Positions 26,640 through 40,900 of a stretch of DNA of 64,000 nucleotides are shown piece after piece. Every line of letters begins with the position of its first letter. Position 1 is the stretch's first letter. The position numbers and the translations under genes were made by a program. Source of the DNA: Vicugna vicugna (taxonomy: Eukaryota). Location of the stretch: contig MU057487.1 of assembly GCA_013265495.1 (NCBI GenBank), positions 620,001 to 684,000 on the forward strand, in the 5' to 3' direction. The notes under the pieces are model-generated. The model saw only the letters and a program-made list of their open reading frames with translations. It had not been told where the DNA came from and searched no databases.

Positions 26640-26785
26640 ATTGTATTCACATCGCAGATTACACTGTAACTTCTGTCTCTCCCTCAGTAGGCCGTTAGTT
26701 CCTTCTTGCTTTCTAATATCTGATTTCTGAATCTTCAAGGCAAAGCAGAAGCTCAGTAAATGTTTGTTGAGAAAGTAAATGAGTG
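26640..26785 (+). mobile_element. L2 3' end
   Basis: gctcagtaaatgtttgttgagaaagtaaatga terminus. Confidence 0.55.
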
Positions 26786-28387
26786 TTGTAACACCATATA
26801 GTTCTCCCAGCCCAATTCTCTGAAGGTTTGTTCCCAGATCCTTGTGAGTCCGGAGGTCTGTATTTCTACCTATTGGTCTTAAATCTGCCCGCTGGAACAA
26901 CACATGTTTTCATCATGAACAACAGGCATCAGAGACAGTTTGTCCCACTGGGAAGAGGTCTGTCTCGCCTGCAGAAGACGGTGCAGTACTCAGCGCCCAG
27001 TGAGCCCAGCCAGAGGTCCGGCCAGGCAGTGCAAGTTGCGGGAAACAGCGTCCTCTGCAGGAGACCTGCAGGTAAGACACAGACTGCTGAAGAAGGCGTC
27101 AGTTAAAGTGAGGGCAAAGTCATCCGTGGGGAAAGTATGGGATGGGGGCTCCTTCCTCACAGAAGTACATATCTTCAGATGAAGTGAAAGGCTGAACTGG
27201 TCACCAAGACTTGGAAACATGAGAGAAAGGAAGAGCCTAGTTAGGGCGTGGAAGTAATGATGCTATTAAACTAAAACTGGCTTGATTTTCTCAGGGTAGC
27301 TGGAGAGAAAATGCTTATAGATAATAAACAAGAGAAACAACACTTAAGAATGGGGATACCAAAAACTGCAAAGCAAAAATATGATAGAACTATAGAGCTG
27401 GACGTAGATACAGAAGTCACTTAAAATAAGTTCTCACCCCATTGAGGATGAGGTCCTGTGTCCTGTTCCTCTTCCCATGTCGGGCAGGGGTCAGATGAGA
27501 GGCCACTGCTGACTGGGGTGAGACAAGGGGAGAGACGGGGGAACAAGGCCTACTGCCAGCAGTTGTGCAAAGAGAGAGAGCAGACGGCCCTGGATACTGG
27601 GAGTGCAAGTCCAAAACTACATTAATACTCGAAGCTGGCTGTAGAAGAGAACTGCATCACAAATCCAGAACCAAGGTCTCTGAGGAACCAGGAAAACTAA
27701 AACATAGGATCAGCAAAGCATGCAACAGGAGGGGAGGCTGATGCAGTTGCAGAGACAAGATGCTGGTGACCGAAATGAGCTTCTGATGAGAATGGCAGAG
27801 GCTTACACGTGTGATCCGGCTTATTTTAAGGGATGGGATGGATCTAGGTGATTTTTGCCCTTTGCTTAAGTATCTCCAGGGACTAGGATCTTGCATTTGA
27901 TAACGGAACGCTCCAATTGTTAGAAAATTGTTCATTTTCCAAAGTCAGAATTTTGCTTTTCTCTAACTTCTGTCTCATCAGCATTCTGCCTTCAGGAAAA
28001 AGACAAACACATTTAGTCCACTGTGCACATGACTTCCCTTCAGCCACCTGAATACAGTGATTGTGCCATTAGTTAGTGGTTTAGTCTCGAAGTCCAATAG
28101 CTTTACTTTCTTTAACTGCTATCTTTGCTATTAGGTTCCTAAACTACCAATCAAGCTATGGTCATATTCCAGTTTTGGAATATCCTTTTTAGAATGTTGC
28201 ATCCATAACTAGATATAATACTGCACGGATATGTTGACCCTTTTTAACCATTATTCTAGTATTGCTGCCTGGCGTTGTGTTAATTTTGTTAGCAGTCTTG
28301 CCACATTTTGAGCTCACACGTAGCTGAGAGCCAGCTATAACCCTTAGCCATTTTCATGTGAAGTGCAGGAGATAGATGTGAATGAGA

Positions 28388-28846
28388 ATATATTATCAGG
28401 GTGGATTTCTCTGGGACAGACCCTGAGAGGAGGCTCTGAATGCAAGCTGTGTATTGGGGAAGTGATCAGGAAACTAGGAGAGTGGAGAAATGAGGCAGCC
28501 AACATACACGCAGCCCTGTACCATGCACGTTCCCTCGGTGGGGCTCGGTCCTGCTGGAGACTCTGGAGGACAGTGGGGAACATGACTCATGATTTCCCCA
28601 CTTCCCAAAGGGCAAGGGAGTCTGAAGCACTGAGTCACCAATGCCTGTCATGGGTGAGGGCTGCTGGGGTGGGAAGTGCATGTTGATTCCAGTTACTTCC
28701 AGCGTGTCTCACATGCAGGCTCCTACCTCCAGAGAAAGCCTTCAGGCAAAGAACTGCAGATGCTGGCAACTGCAGATGCTAAGAGTTGGCCTGTGTGGGG
28801 AAGGTGAGTGTCAAGACCGGGCAGGGCACCAACAATATCTGCTATA
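28388..28846 (-). mobile_element. ERVL solo LTR (LTR16-like)
   Basis: Minus strand begins tatagcagatattgttggtgccctgccc. The other end has cagaccctgagaggagg...tgcaagctgtgtattggggaagtgatc, typical of the LTR16 family. Confidence 0.65.
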
Positions 28847-30964
28847 GATACGATATGGAGATAGATAGACAGATGGATAAACAGATGGACACATTGAGGA
28901 TAACGTACATGCACACAGATGCAGACACTGCTACAGATTAGGATATGAAACAAGAGCCATAGAAGGCAAGGCAAAGGTGTACTGAAGGGCTTGAAGTGAG
29001 AACAAATGCCTCCAGAATCAATCAAAGAGACCACTGCTTCTTTACAGCGAAGGAAAAGCACACACAAAAAAGTTTAAGAGCAACTTTCCTTTAAATAAAT
29101 TTGTTGTTAGCCTCTGGATATTTCTTTGCAATGATGTCTTAAACTGGGCCATTTTTTTGTTAAAAAATAAGTTGTATGGTAGAAACTTAGAGAATCAAAG
29201 AAAGATAAAATCTACAGTCACATCATCAAATATTAACATTACAGATATTTTGATTTTCTAGTGATTTTCATGCAGGTAAGTTTGGTTTTAACAGAGTTAG
29301 GATCATCCTTCATTTATATTTTTTCTCTGCTTGTTTTCATTTAACAATATGACATAAGCAAGGATTTCCACTTGATCAGAGCTAGGTCACTTGCCCATGG
29401 AGTTAGGCCAAGTTCCCAATCTCCATGCACCTGAATCCAGGAACCCTTTGGGGGAATAATTCATACCGGGTTCCCAACTGAGATTCAAATATACAGCAGC
29501 ATAGCCATTAGATAGGGCAGGTTATGGGGACTAGGAATAGATGACCTGAAAGAGAAAGCAAATAAGTCATGAGAAAGGAGAATGGAATCTGTGCAAGAAT
29601 CAGCAACAGGGCTGGAGTAGACAGGGGCAGTGATTAAGCCCGTCAGAACCTAGTGCATTGGCAATGAAGGGGTGCAGAATGGACCTCTAGGGGTTAACAA
29701 GTCTTCCAGTCCCCTCCTTCACCCACACATATAAAATTTAGAAAAAGCCACAAGAAGGGGGAGGGAGCTCCTTGAAGGCCAATGGTTAAGATAAGGGATA
29801 TGGATCCTGAAGGTTAGAGCCCCTGTTTGGGACAGCTGAGCAGGGGGCTGGCTGGCCTCCAGCAGCTTCGTGAAATGGTACAGGGGACATCAGCAACAGA
29901 TCCAAGCAGGTGGCGCTGAGCTCTTAGCAACAGCTAGGGAGAGAGCCTCAAAGGATGTTAGCGGTCAAGCGTGGGGCTGGACCACTCTGAGGGCAGCCGA
30001 AGCCAGGAAAAGATGTGGGTAAATGGCTGCAGAGAGACATAGGGAAGAGCAACAGGGACAAGAGAAATCACAACGCTGGTGAGATACAGACAGGGAGGGC
30101 AGTACACCCCCTGGGTTCCAAAGCCCACACTCCAAACCACTATTCTGTGCTGAAAATTACACCAAATACCACGTGGAAAATACTACACTGAAAACCGTTT
30201 TGCAGACAACAGCCCAAACGGATCACAAAGCAGCAGCTGAAATAGAGGAAAGCAGGAATGCAGGCAGTGTGCAAATTCTATCAAAGGCAATGCTCTCCCT
30301 TCAACTTAGCAGAATTTGGAAATGCCATGGTATTTGCCATGTAGCAGGTAGGGAGTTAGGGTAAATCATTAGAGCGATGTACTTAGTGTTCACGAGCTAA
30401 CTCATTAAAAGCATTTCTTACTGACACTAACAAAAAAAAAAACTCCATAAATCTCATTATATGCATACCTTGTAACTTATTTAACCATTCCCCTGTGGTT
30501 GGATATTTAGATTGCTTATAATTTTTAAACCCTACAATTAATATGAAGAATTATTTTATACCAAAGCCTTTTTCATATGTAATATTTCTTTTGGATGCAC
30601 TTTAATAAATAATATGTCATTCTAAAATCACATGTGTACTGAGAATTTTTAAAGGGTGACTCTGCTTTTTAAATAAGTAATTATTATTTCCAGAATGTTT
30701 ACCAAAAGAAGAATGTAAAGACAAAGAGAGAGAGAGGAAATGATCTCCCCTCAAAAATGTGAACAATTTCATGAACAGATAGAAAGATAGTGAGCTAAAT
30801 TTCTAATAAGTGCCACTCAACAATTACAAAGATTGAGATGAACATTGTTCAGATATCACTAAAGCTTCAATTATATTAGATGCCGTCTTTAAATAAGTTT
30901 AGCTCAATAAATGTAATGTGTCTAAATGTTTCTGAAATGGCACATCTGGTTTAGGGGATGACTG

Positions 30965-31110
30965 TAGTATCTTTGAAAAGAACCTCAGGTTGAAAATCTC
31001 TGGCTATACCTCAAATTCGCTGTTTGGTTGTGGGTAAATCACTTAACTCCTTTAAACCTCAGCATTTTTAACCCCTAAAATGATGAGTCTGAATTATAAA
31101 AATAATGAAA
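30965..31110 (+). mobile_element. MIR fragment
   Basis: gggtaaatcacttaactcctttaaacctcagc...taaaatg core. Confidence 0.55.
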
Positions 31111-31614
31111 GTATTAAAACTTTTTGTGTGTCCCTATGTTCCCAGCATTATACCCTTGCTATAGCCATACACCTGTGTGCTGTAGGTGTGAAGTCCGCAT
31201 TAATCAGGATATGCTACGCTGTGCTGCAGGATCAGGAAAGAAGGAAGCTGGGAGGAGAGAGGAAGGGAGGGGAGGAAGGAGAAAGGAAAGGAGAAGGGGA
31301 GGATTGGAGGAAGAGCTGAAATCTCAGGGCTTTAATAAGGTAACATTTACTTCGTGCTCGCGTAAAATTGCATGCAGGTCAGGCCACCCTCCTCCACCTT
31401 GGGTGCAACCCTAGCTGGAAAGTGGTCTCTAAGTTTGCGCAGCCCATGCAAAAGAGCCAGGCCAGAGTGGATGGCTTCACCTCCACCCACGCTCTTTGGG
31501 TCTAGAGCTGATCATTTGTCCTCTGAAATCTAACTGCAAGACAGGCTGGAAACTATAGTCATCATGATGCCTAAGGTGATCAGGTCTCATTGTTTCTGCC
31601 ACTGTCATTGCCCT

Positions 31615-31748
31615 CAATCTACAGCTAAGAAAATTAGGGCTTAGATCTACTAAGTAGCTTGCCTAGTCCCAAGGCTAATAAGTGATGATGATGAAATTCA
31701 CAGGATTGCCAGAATCCAGGGCTTCCCTTATTGATCACTACACCATGC
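31615..31748 (-). mobile_element. MIR fragment
   Basis: tacagctaagaaaattagggcttag...aagtagcttgcct...gctaataagtg...cactacaccatg. Confidence 0.5.
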
Positions 31749-32629
31749 AAGCCCCCGAGTCTCCTTGCCTTTCCAACACTTTCACCGCCTTGACTGCACC
31801 CACAGTGCTTGCTTGTGCAGATTCTTTTAATTTGTTACCCTTTCTCAGGTTTTCACTACAATGCATGATCTGCTTTCCTGTAGTCGCACACACGAGCATG
31901 TGGTGGAAAATTTTAGCACAGATTTCCGTAACCAGTCCCTTCTGTTTATCAAAACCCAGTCTGACGGTGAAGAGTGTCGCCACCAGGCCTTCAGGGAAGG
32001 TTCTGCAGCTCAAAGTAACTAGATGTGACTTCAAATAACCTTAATCCTTCTGTAACGGGATACAACTTAGCGTAAGTAGTGGTGACGTGGGGGTAGAAAT
32101 TTTAAATGACTGAAAACATCATTAAACTTCCTAACATTCTTGTAATTTTTAACTAAATGAAAATTGACTTCTTTTCTTACTAACTTGTTAAATAACTAGT
32201 TAAAACATTGTGGGATGGGAGGGTATGCAATTCACACAGTTACAAAATTACTGTAGAACCCTAGTGAAAGAATGAAATCCTTTCCCAGGAGAGAGGATTT
32301 ATAATTAAGGAGCAGTTTCTGCTCACTCAGGCTGGTAGTATCTGGCCTGACACAATACAATCTATCTGTACAGGAGAAATAGGTATCACTTATTCCTTGA
32401 TTAGATATGTTTCTTTCTCCTTTAATGGAGAGGGTGGTAGCAGCCTCCTCAGAAAAGAGAGCCTCAGGGGTGCAGTGCCTGAGACCAAGAGAGATGGAAG
32501 TTATAAAGGGGTGCTGACCATTGACCCACATTTGCAAGGCCTAGTGACCCCTGTGGATTGACATGACTGTTCCTAATATACAAAGATGTAATTTTTGGCA
32601 TTATTTACATTCACTTTTTTTTAGATGAG

Positions 32630-32769
32630 CCTTTTTTTTCCTTTGGTTTTTTTAGGGGGCAGAGAGTAATTTTATTTATTTATTTATTTTTAAATGGAGG
32701 TACTGGAGATTGAACCCAGGACCTCGTGCACGCTAAGCACACACTCTACCACTGAGTTATACCCTCCCC
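32630..32769 (-). mobile_element. tRNA-Ala-derived SINE (camelid vic-1-like)
   Basis: Reverse complement of the same head and tail. 15-bp TSD tacattcactttttt (32606-32620) / tacatccactttttt (32772-32786). Confidence 0.88.
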
Positions 32770-33929
32770 ACTACATCCACTTTTTTGATCAGGGTCTCTG
32801 CTACACAGATTTTCAGAGAACCCGTTCTTATTCTAACAGGCAGTAAAATGCTGGACAAATGTGGTACTGCTCCACCTACAGAAAGACTGTAGATCCTCAC
32901 TGCTTCTTTCCTGTCCCCTCAGGTTTGAATCTCCAGCTCTGAGGTCTGAAACCCCAGAGACTGTAAATGTTGCCCATCTTCCCTTTCTTGTTCCACCATT
33001 CTAAATCTGCCTAGATATAAAGCCTAAGCAGGAAAGATTTCGTTTTCCCTGATTATCATCTCTCCTGTTTACCATGTCTGTTGGCATCAACAGGCGAAAT
33101 TGAATGACAATTTCATTTTTCTCTGGTGCCTGTGTATGTTAAAATAATGATACTGCAGATCATTATGTATAATGTGTAAAGCAGTTTCACTTCGAAACCA
33201 AAGTGTCTATTTTCCTCTTCCTTACAGCCAACATAAACAGGTTTTCATTTTATGTCTAAAAATGTTTATCAAAAGCTTAAGAAACACCATCTCTGTATAC
33301 TTAAAATTTTTTTCAAAGATTATTTTCAAGTTGATTCTGTTTAAGCTTCCGTCTAGAAAGTGTCCTAAACCACTGCTTAAATTTTTTAAAAAGCTTCACC
33401 TCCACGGCCAAAGTTAGAGGAAAGAGAGGAAAATCTTTTTCACATTTTGGGAATCATAGGATCACTCAAGACATTGGAAGTTTAGCCTAAAATATATGTG
33501 AATTTAACCCCTTAGCAAATACCATTATTCTTTATATTAAAAAACAAAGTCAGAAAAGTTATTTATGCATATACCACTGCCAAACTTGACCATATGTTGC
33601 AGTTTCTTTTAGAGATTTTAAATAAAATGTTAGTAGCTACTCTGTCACATCACCTGGCCAGAGGTGGCCTGAGGGTCTTTTCTTTCTTGAGTCCTTTATG
33701 GTATAAATGAGTATCAGTAGTTTACATGTTTAGTAGCTTTTTGCTGAGAATCTGGGGTCAGGATGGGACCCTCACAAGCTAATGGTTTTCAACTGTGCTT
33801 CTTCCAGTGGAAGTAAACATTCATTGTTGGAAACTGACAATCAGTATGGTAGGGATGTGTCAAGCCCCCAGGTTTTAAGTAAGTCAGTTAACAGTACCCA
33901 ATGTGAAAAATACAGTGGAGTCCCTCTAA

Positions 33930-34056
33930 AGCAGTCATTCTGAAGATAGGCTGCACTTTAGAGGCACCCCCCCCTAGGGAGTTTAAAAATAAATAAAACA
34001 CCTGGGCCTAATTTCCCAGTGTTTCTGCTGTGCAGCCAGATTGGGGAATCATTGCC
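33930..34056. mobile_element. MER5-type hAT-Charlie MITE remnant
   Basis: cagtcattctgaag..ggctgcactttaga...tgtgcagccagattggggaatcattg. Confidence 0.5.
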
Positions 34057-34179
34057 TTAAGTGTACAGATATAGACAAGGGATTAAAAAAGAAGAAAAAA
34101 AGAAGCAATCCTTAAGAGTCGTAGAAAAGTCTATTTGCAAAAATCATGCTCCTACTTATAACCCTGGCTCACATGTTGT

Positions 34180-34820
34180 ACATCACATGAGCTCACGCTT
34201 CATGGCCCAGGACGCCCCGGTCGAGCCCTCCGCACGCACGGAGGAAGAAAAGCTACGTTGAACGTTAAACAACTCTCACGGAAACGAAGAGTTGTCTTCT
34301 CTCTTCCCTCCTTTTGATCTTCCAACTGGAACCAGCATCCGCAATAGGAAAGAGGGACATTTAGACTGAGTATCAACAGACGAGGGAGGGAGGAATGTGA
34401 GAGGCAGTGTCGGAAGAACGCGATGTGCCCTCAACAGCAAAATCACCGGCTTTATTCTTTGTGCTTCCCCGTTCCCTACAGACATGGATACGCTTTTCTC
34501 TCAATCTGTGTTGCCTCAGACTCCCTACGGTTCTTCTATCGTCTATGAAGACTCTCAGATGTGATTCCTTTAGGAACTGGTGAAAAAGAACCGGAAGCCA
34601 GGCATTGTGCTCTGTGCTAAGAGTTTGGAGGCAATTCAGAACCACGTGCACGGAGTGCCCAGGAGCGCGGAAGTGGGCGTGGCGGGGCGTGGCGGGGCGT
34701 GGCGGGTCCTGGCGCGGTTCCGAGCCTTTCCTCTGCTCAGCAGATGTGACCGCGCTGGCACCCACCGGGCGGTCTGGACGGGAGGGAGCTGTGTGTGCAG
34801 CCAGAGTCCATGATTAGACC
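34180..34820. promoter_or_regulatory. Small CpG-rich promoter/enhancer-like element
   Basis: CACGTG 34643-34648, ETS CGGAAGTG 34668-34675 and CCGGAAG at ~34591, three tandem GGGCGTGGCG SP/KLF boxes 34675-34704, elevated CpG. Confidence 0.55.
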
Positions 34821-35050
34821 GTGTTAACTGCCCAGGAAATGCCCAATCAGTAAACAGCAAATGCTGGATTTCAAAGGGAGATTGCCATCCAGAGTTCTTT
34901 CTTCTTCTATAACCATTAGTAATAGAAAAAAATGCAGAGTAGATCATCAACTTAGGTGACATTTAACGCTTCTGACACCCACCTATGAGCTGTGAAATTT
35001 TCTCACTATTCTAAAAGAAGAAATATAGCTAGGATCATGACTTGTAGCTG

Positions 35051-35051
<1 letters not shown>

Positions 35052-35082
<31 letters not shown>
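35052..35082 (+). repeat. (TG)n microsatellite
   Basis: Directly visible. Confidence 0.95.
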
Positions 35083-35086
<4 letters not shown>

Positions 35087-35805
35087 GATAAGCCCTGTCC
35101 TGGATGTTCCTAAGACTACAGAGACGCAAAAGAAAGAAGTCCACAGCATCAGGAACTATAATAGACACATGTCATAAATGATGTCATTTAGTTTATTATT
35201 ATTTATTATCTCATTTGATTAAACCCTTCACAACAACCTCATGATTTTGGTATTACTTTTTTTTCAATGTGTAGCCAGATCTTACCCCATATACCCATTC
35301 TCTTTTCTATACTAGGATGACCTCACCCCCAGATTTGTGTATAAAAACAGGATAGATATCAGGAATACTTCACATCAAATAGTTTTGGAAATCCCTGGTT
35401 AGATAAAGATGCTTCCTTACTTCAGAAAATCTTAGAGCTTTTAAATGCAATATTCATTGGGACTCTAAGAATACACAGTGTTGCCTCAACTGGTTTGACC
35501 ACAGAAACCCTTATTAAGGTGACCTCTCTTGGGGACGCTGGCTAGGGAGAAAACGCGGGTGCAGTGCCGCTTTATACCATACCGCCCCCAGAAGCCACGG
35601 GCTCCAAAGAGAGTCAAATGATGGCACAGATACCCCTCGTGAAGGCAGAATGCGGTCAGTGCACTCAGAGAGGTGTAGACACCAGGGTCATTTAGAGTAA
35701 AAAGAAAATATCTCCAGCTGCCAGAATAGACTGCCCAGGAAATGTGACATTTGGGCTTTATCAACAGTGGCATCAGTTTCCTCACAGGATCCCACTCTCC
35801 AAACC

Positions 35806-35940
35806 CAGTGATTAACAACATTAGCTGCAATTTAGAAAACCTGGAAGGCTTTAACAAATGCTAATATCTGGGTCCTGCTCCCAGAGAGTCTGATTTATCT
35901 GGTCTGGGGTGTGACCTAGACCTCGAGGTTTTTTTAATTT
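35806..35940. mobile_element. MER5A-like MITE
   Basis: gctgcaatttagaaaacctggaagg...cccagagagtctgatttatctggtctggggtgtgacc. Confidence 0.6.
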
Positions 35941-36229
35941 GCGTTTCCAGCGTGTGTTTGACCTGAAATTTACCTGTTTGCCACAGGCCCTCTCACTGAA
36001 TATGGCTCAGGAATAAAAGGGAAGGAGGAGGAAAAGAAATCTGTATACAGAGAAAAACAAAACAAGCAAATAATAAATAGGGAACTGCATCACTTACCTC
36101 TTAAGAGCATTGAATTAAATGATAAAGCACCACTGAAAAAGCAATCAGCCATTTCCACTCAAACAACCATGTTCATTGCATTTTTCATTTCATTCATTAT
36201 ATTCTTTCTTCAGCTCCAGAATTTCTGCA

Positions 36230-36435
36230 TACTCGAAATTTGCTAAGAGGGTAGATCTTAATGTTCTCACCACACAAAACAAAAATAAAAACAAAGACAA
36301 AAAAAGGTAATTATGTGAAATGGTAGATATGTTAATTACCTTAGATACGTTGTGTGATCATTCATTTCCAATGTATAGGTATATCAAAACATGAAGTTGT
36401 ATGTCTTAAATATATACAATTTTTATTTGTCAGAA
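36230..36435 (+). mobile_element. L1MA-type 3' terminal fragment
   Basis: gaaatttgctaagagggtagatcttaatgttctcaccacac...atatacaatttttatttgtca. Confidence 0.75.
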
Positions 36436-36859
36436 AAACTAAATGTGTAACAGCATGGCTATAATTCATTTTCAGTAAAACTAAACGTTCCTGATCTTAT
36501 ACTCATCTACATATATGTACATGCTATTTGCATAGAATAGCAGTTGCCCTGGAGGATAGAATTGAAATTATTTATTTTTACCTTTCTTCTTTAAATCAAA
36601 ATTGAATATCAAAAATGAAGGGATAGACTAGAGATTTCTCATCAGTCTGTCATGCTTTAAATAAAAACTATTCTTAATACTTAAAAAATGCTCTTAACTT
36701 TGTGATGAATGCCATTTTGAACACAACCCAAATCCAACTTTTTAAGACATATGCACAAAACACATAGCAGTTAACTGCTAGCATTTTATTGCAGCCAAAT
36801 GAGAGTTTTAATGAAAGGAGAGGCCCAGAGCCTTTAGTTAGAAATTATCTCAGCCATCC

Positions 36860-37200
36860 TTTATATCAATAGTATCTCATCTGTTTCCCTCTTCCAGCAC
36901 AGCTTGTTCTAGAACAACATGAGTATGTTTGTCCCAACCACTAAACTAAGATCCCAGGAGGGCAGGTGACATGTCTCACACTTCTTTATATCATAACAAA
37001 GCCTCGTTCAGTGTTTTGTACATTATATACACACATACTAAATGCTGAATACTTTTAATTGACTTGAAATAAACAAAAACAATTTAAATGATTGTAGAGA
37101 TTTGTTGTCTTTATCCCACTGCCTAGAATAGTGCTTGGCAGCAAGTAGGCATTCAGTCATTATTAATGAATGAATAAACATTTGACTAAGTGAATAAATG
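36860..37200 (+). mobile_element. L2 3'-end fragments
   Basis: cactgcctagaatagtgcttggca..agtaggcattcag...aatgaatgaataaa. Confidence 0.6.
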
Positions 37201-37989
37201 ACTTTAAAAAAAAAGTGAATATGCCTACCAAAGAACCTAATTTATTTGGCAGGTTCTAGGGAATTGAAGGAATTAGGTTTGCAAAGTGGAAGAGCAGCCA
37301 TGAATGAGTGAATATGTTTTAGCCTTATTATTTTGGATATTTTCTGGGAGTTTATTGTTGTATTTCAACCACCAGAGTTTGATATCTCTTGGACAAGAGA
37401 CTTTCAGAACTTCAAGTCCCCCTATGACAATGGTTAAGAATGAATGCTTTTTGGCTAGTAGTACCCCAAATCTCCAAATCCTTATGTTTATTCATGAGCA
37501 ACTTCCTGCAAAATGAAGTATTATGAAGCATTTTGCAAAGGCATTTGAGTTTGCATCCAGTAGAGGCAGGATTGGAGCTGGGCTTTTAATAAATCCATGA
37601 AGTATTTTTGCTGAAGTAATATTCTTAAAATACTTTGTAGTTTTTGCATAAGCAACTAACATACTTGAATCTGATTGAAACTTAGCCAGTTTTCAAGAAT
37701 TATGGGGGGACAGAGGAACAAATTAGATGACACTATGAAGAAGCAAACAGATAAATCCAGATTGTGAAACTTATACAGGAAATTGACTTTGTTACTTTAA
37801 GAAATTAAGGGCATGAAAAACAAAAAGGTAGAGGATACTGATCTAGGTTAAGAGGTCTTAATGATAATAGTTATTTCATGTTACTTAAGTCATTAAATTG
37901 AAAGAAATATGTAAATTTTTAAAAAGATATGGAAGGTATTTGAAAATGGCCTGGCTAGTGCATATCAAAAGTTATTATTGACTTTTGGT

Positions 37990-40900
37990 ATCTAACTCTT
38001 CATACAAGGAACTTGGAAGTCTCTGCTCCACCCTGACAACAAATAAAACAAAAAGTTGAACAGACTGAAATATTAACGAATCTTGTGAGATCCATAAGAG
38101 AGGTTGGACAGGCAAACACAGAGAATAACAGTTTGCCATAGCAGAGACTCATGCATGAAAACTACTCTGGGAACCAGTGCTGGGGTAGGCAGAATTGAAC
38201 TGTAATTGATCAATTTCTGGAAACTCAGTGTGGACAAGTCTGATAGTTAGAAGCTCCAAGGAGACCCAGTCATGGAGGGGTCTGTCCCCAGCTCCCTCCC
38301 AGTTTTGTAAGATTTACTTCCAGAAGCTCAGGCTTCCATCACAGGGAGGAGAAGAGCAGTCATTTTGAAGTATGCCAAAGCGTTCTGTTCTTAAGAAGAC
38401 TTGCCCTCAGGAGAAATGAGTTAACCTGAGCCTAACCTGCTATGGTATTTTCAGAACTTAACCAGCCTAAAGGGGAGTGAAATAACTAAACAGCCCAGCC
38501 TAACTATCCTCTAAGCTAAGATGGGTGGGCGGAGGGGGAGGGGGAGGTGGTGATAAATATTAAAAACACATGTGAAGGTCACAGTCCAGAAGCATAGATA
38601 GCCTCACTAAAAGACTGAGCCCTAATCACCTAATCACAGGACTATATGCTTCCCCTCCCCCAATACCTCACCACCGTATTACTAAGGTCCTATTTACAGC
38701 AGTATTTTTACCCAGTATATGATGTCCAGCTATCAATAAAAATTTACAAGGCATATCAAAAGGCAAAAGAACATAATTTGAAGAGAGAACACAAGCATCA
38801 GAACCAGATATGGCAAGGATATTGGAATTATCAGAGTGGGAGTTTAAGATAACTATGATTAACAGGCTAAGTGCTCTCATGGACAAAATAGACGGCATGT
38901 AAGAACAATTGGGCAATGTAAGCAGAGAGATGGAAATCCTAAGAACCAAAGGGAAATGCTAAAGATCCAACATACTTTAATAGAAATGAAGCATGCTTGT
39001 GATGGGCCTGATAGCAGACTGGACACAGCTGAAGAAAGAGTCACTGAGCTTGAGGGTTTCTCCATGAAAACCTCCATAACTGAAAAGCACGGAGAACAAA
39101 GCAGAACAGAATATCCAAGGACTGTGAGACAGCTATGAAAGATGGGTGCTGCGTAGTAAGAACACCAGAAGGAGAAGAAAGAAGACAAAGGAACAGAAGA
39201 AATATTTGACACAATAATGAATGACAATTTCCCCAAGTTAATGTCAGACACAAAACCACAGATCTGGGATCCAGGAAGCTCACAGCTCTAGGGCAACTAC
39301 TAAAAACAGTTTTTGAAAAAGAAGTGTAAATGATATGCTAAGAAAGGAGATAAAATGGAATCATATAAAATACTCAATTAAAAGAGAAAAGGCAGAAAAG
39401 CAGTAACGGACAAAAACAGAAGTCAACAAGGGCAACAAATAGAAAACAGTAACAAATATGGTAGCTATTAATCCAGCTACATCAATAACCACTTTAAATG
39501 TCAGTTGTCTAAATGTCCTAATTAAAAGACAGATCGTCAGAGTGGATGAAGAAACACAACCACTTTAAATATAAAGACATATATAGATTAAAAGTAGAGG
39601 GATAGAGAAAAATATACCATGCTAACAGTAACCAAAGTAATTCAGGAATAGCTATACTATATTAATTTCAGGCTAAGCACACTTCAAGGCCAGGAGTGTT
39701 ATCAGCTATAAAATAGGGCATTATATAATTGTAAACAAGGTCAATTCTGCAAGAAGACACAATTGTTAATGTGGATGCACCTAACTACAGATCATTATAC
39801 TACTTGAAGAAAAAAACTGTCTTCCTAAGCATAGTCTTTTCAACAAATGGTGCAATGTTCATATGAAAAATAAATAAATCTAGACACAGACATTATACCC
39901 TTCAAGAAAAATTAACTCAAAATGGCTCATAGACCTAAATGCAAAATGCTAAACTATAGAACTCCTACAGGAGAAAATCTAATTGATGTCAGGTATGGTG
40001 ATGACTTTTTTAGATACAACACCAAAGTCATGATCCATGAAAGAAATAATTAATAAGCTAGACTTTATTAAAATTAAAACTTCTGCTCGGCATAAAACAA
40101 TGTCAAGAGATTTAGAAGACAAGCCACCGACTGGGAGAAAGTATTTGCAAAAGCACATTTGAAAAAGAATTGGTATCCAAAATATACAAAGAACTCTTAA
40201 AACTCAACAATAAAAAAAAATAGCACAGTTAAAAAATGGGCCAAAGACCTTAACAGACACATCACCAAAGAAGATACAGCGATGGCAAATAAGCATGTGA
40301 AAAGATGTTCCACATCATATGTCATCAGGGAAAGGCAAAGTGAAACAAAAATGAGCTATCACTACACGACTATTAGAATGGCCAAAATCTGGAACACTGA
40401 CAACACCAGATGGTGGTGAGGACGTGGAGCAACAGGAACTGTCATTCATGGCTAGTGGGAATGAAAAATGGTACAACCACCTTGGAAGACAGTTTGGTGG
40501 TTTTTTGCAAAATGAAACAAACTTACCATAAAATCCAGCAGTCATACTCCTTGGTATTTACCCAAAGGAGTTGAAAACTTATGTCCACACAAAAACCTGC
40601 ACTTCAGTGTTTTATAGCAGTTTTATTCATAATTGCCAAAACACGGAAGTTACTAAAATGTCTTCAGTAGGTAAATAGATAGATAAACTATAGCACATGC
40701 AGACAGTGTAATATTATTCAGTGCTAAAAAGAAATGAACTATCGAGTCATGAAAAGACATGGAGGAATCTTAAATGCATACTATAAGTAAACGAAGTCAC
40801 TTTGAAAAGGCTACAAACTATATGATTTCAACTACATGACATTCTAAAAAAGGCAAAAGTATGGAGCCAGTAAAAGGAGGGATGAATAGGTGGAGCACAG

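Noticed and set aside
33645..33675. CTCF-like motif ggccagaggtggcc
   Set aside because: Several mismatches in the core, so it cannot be supported without ChIP data.
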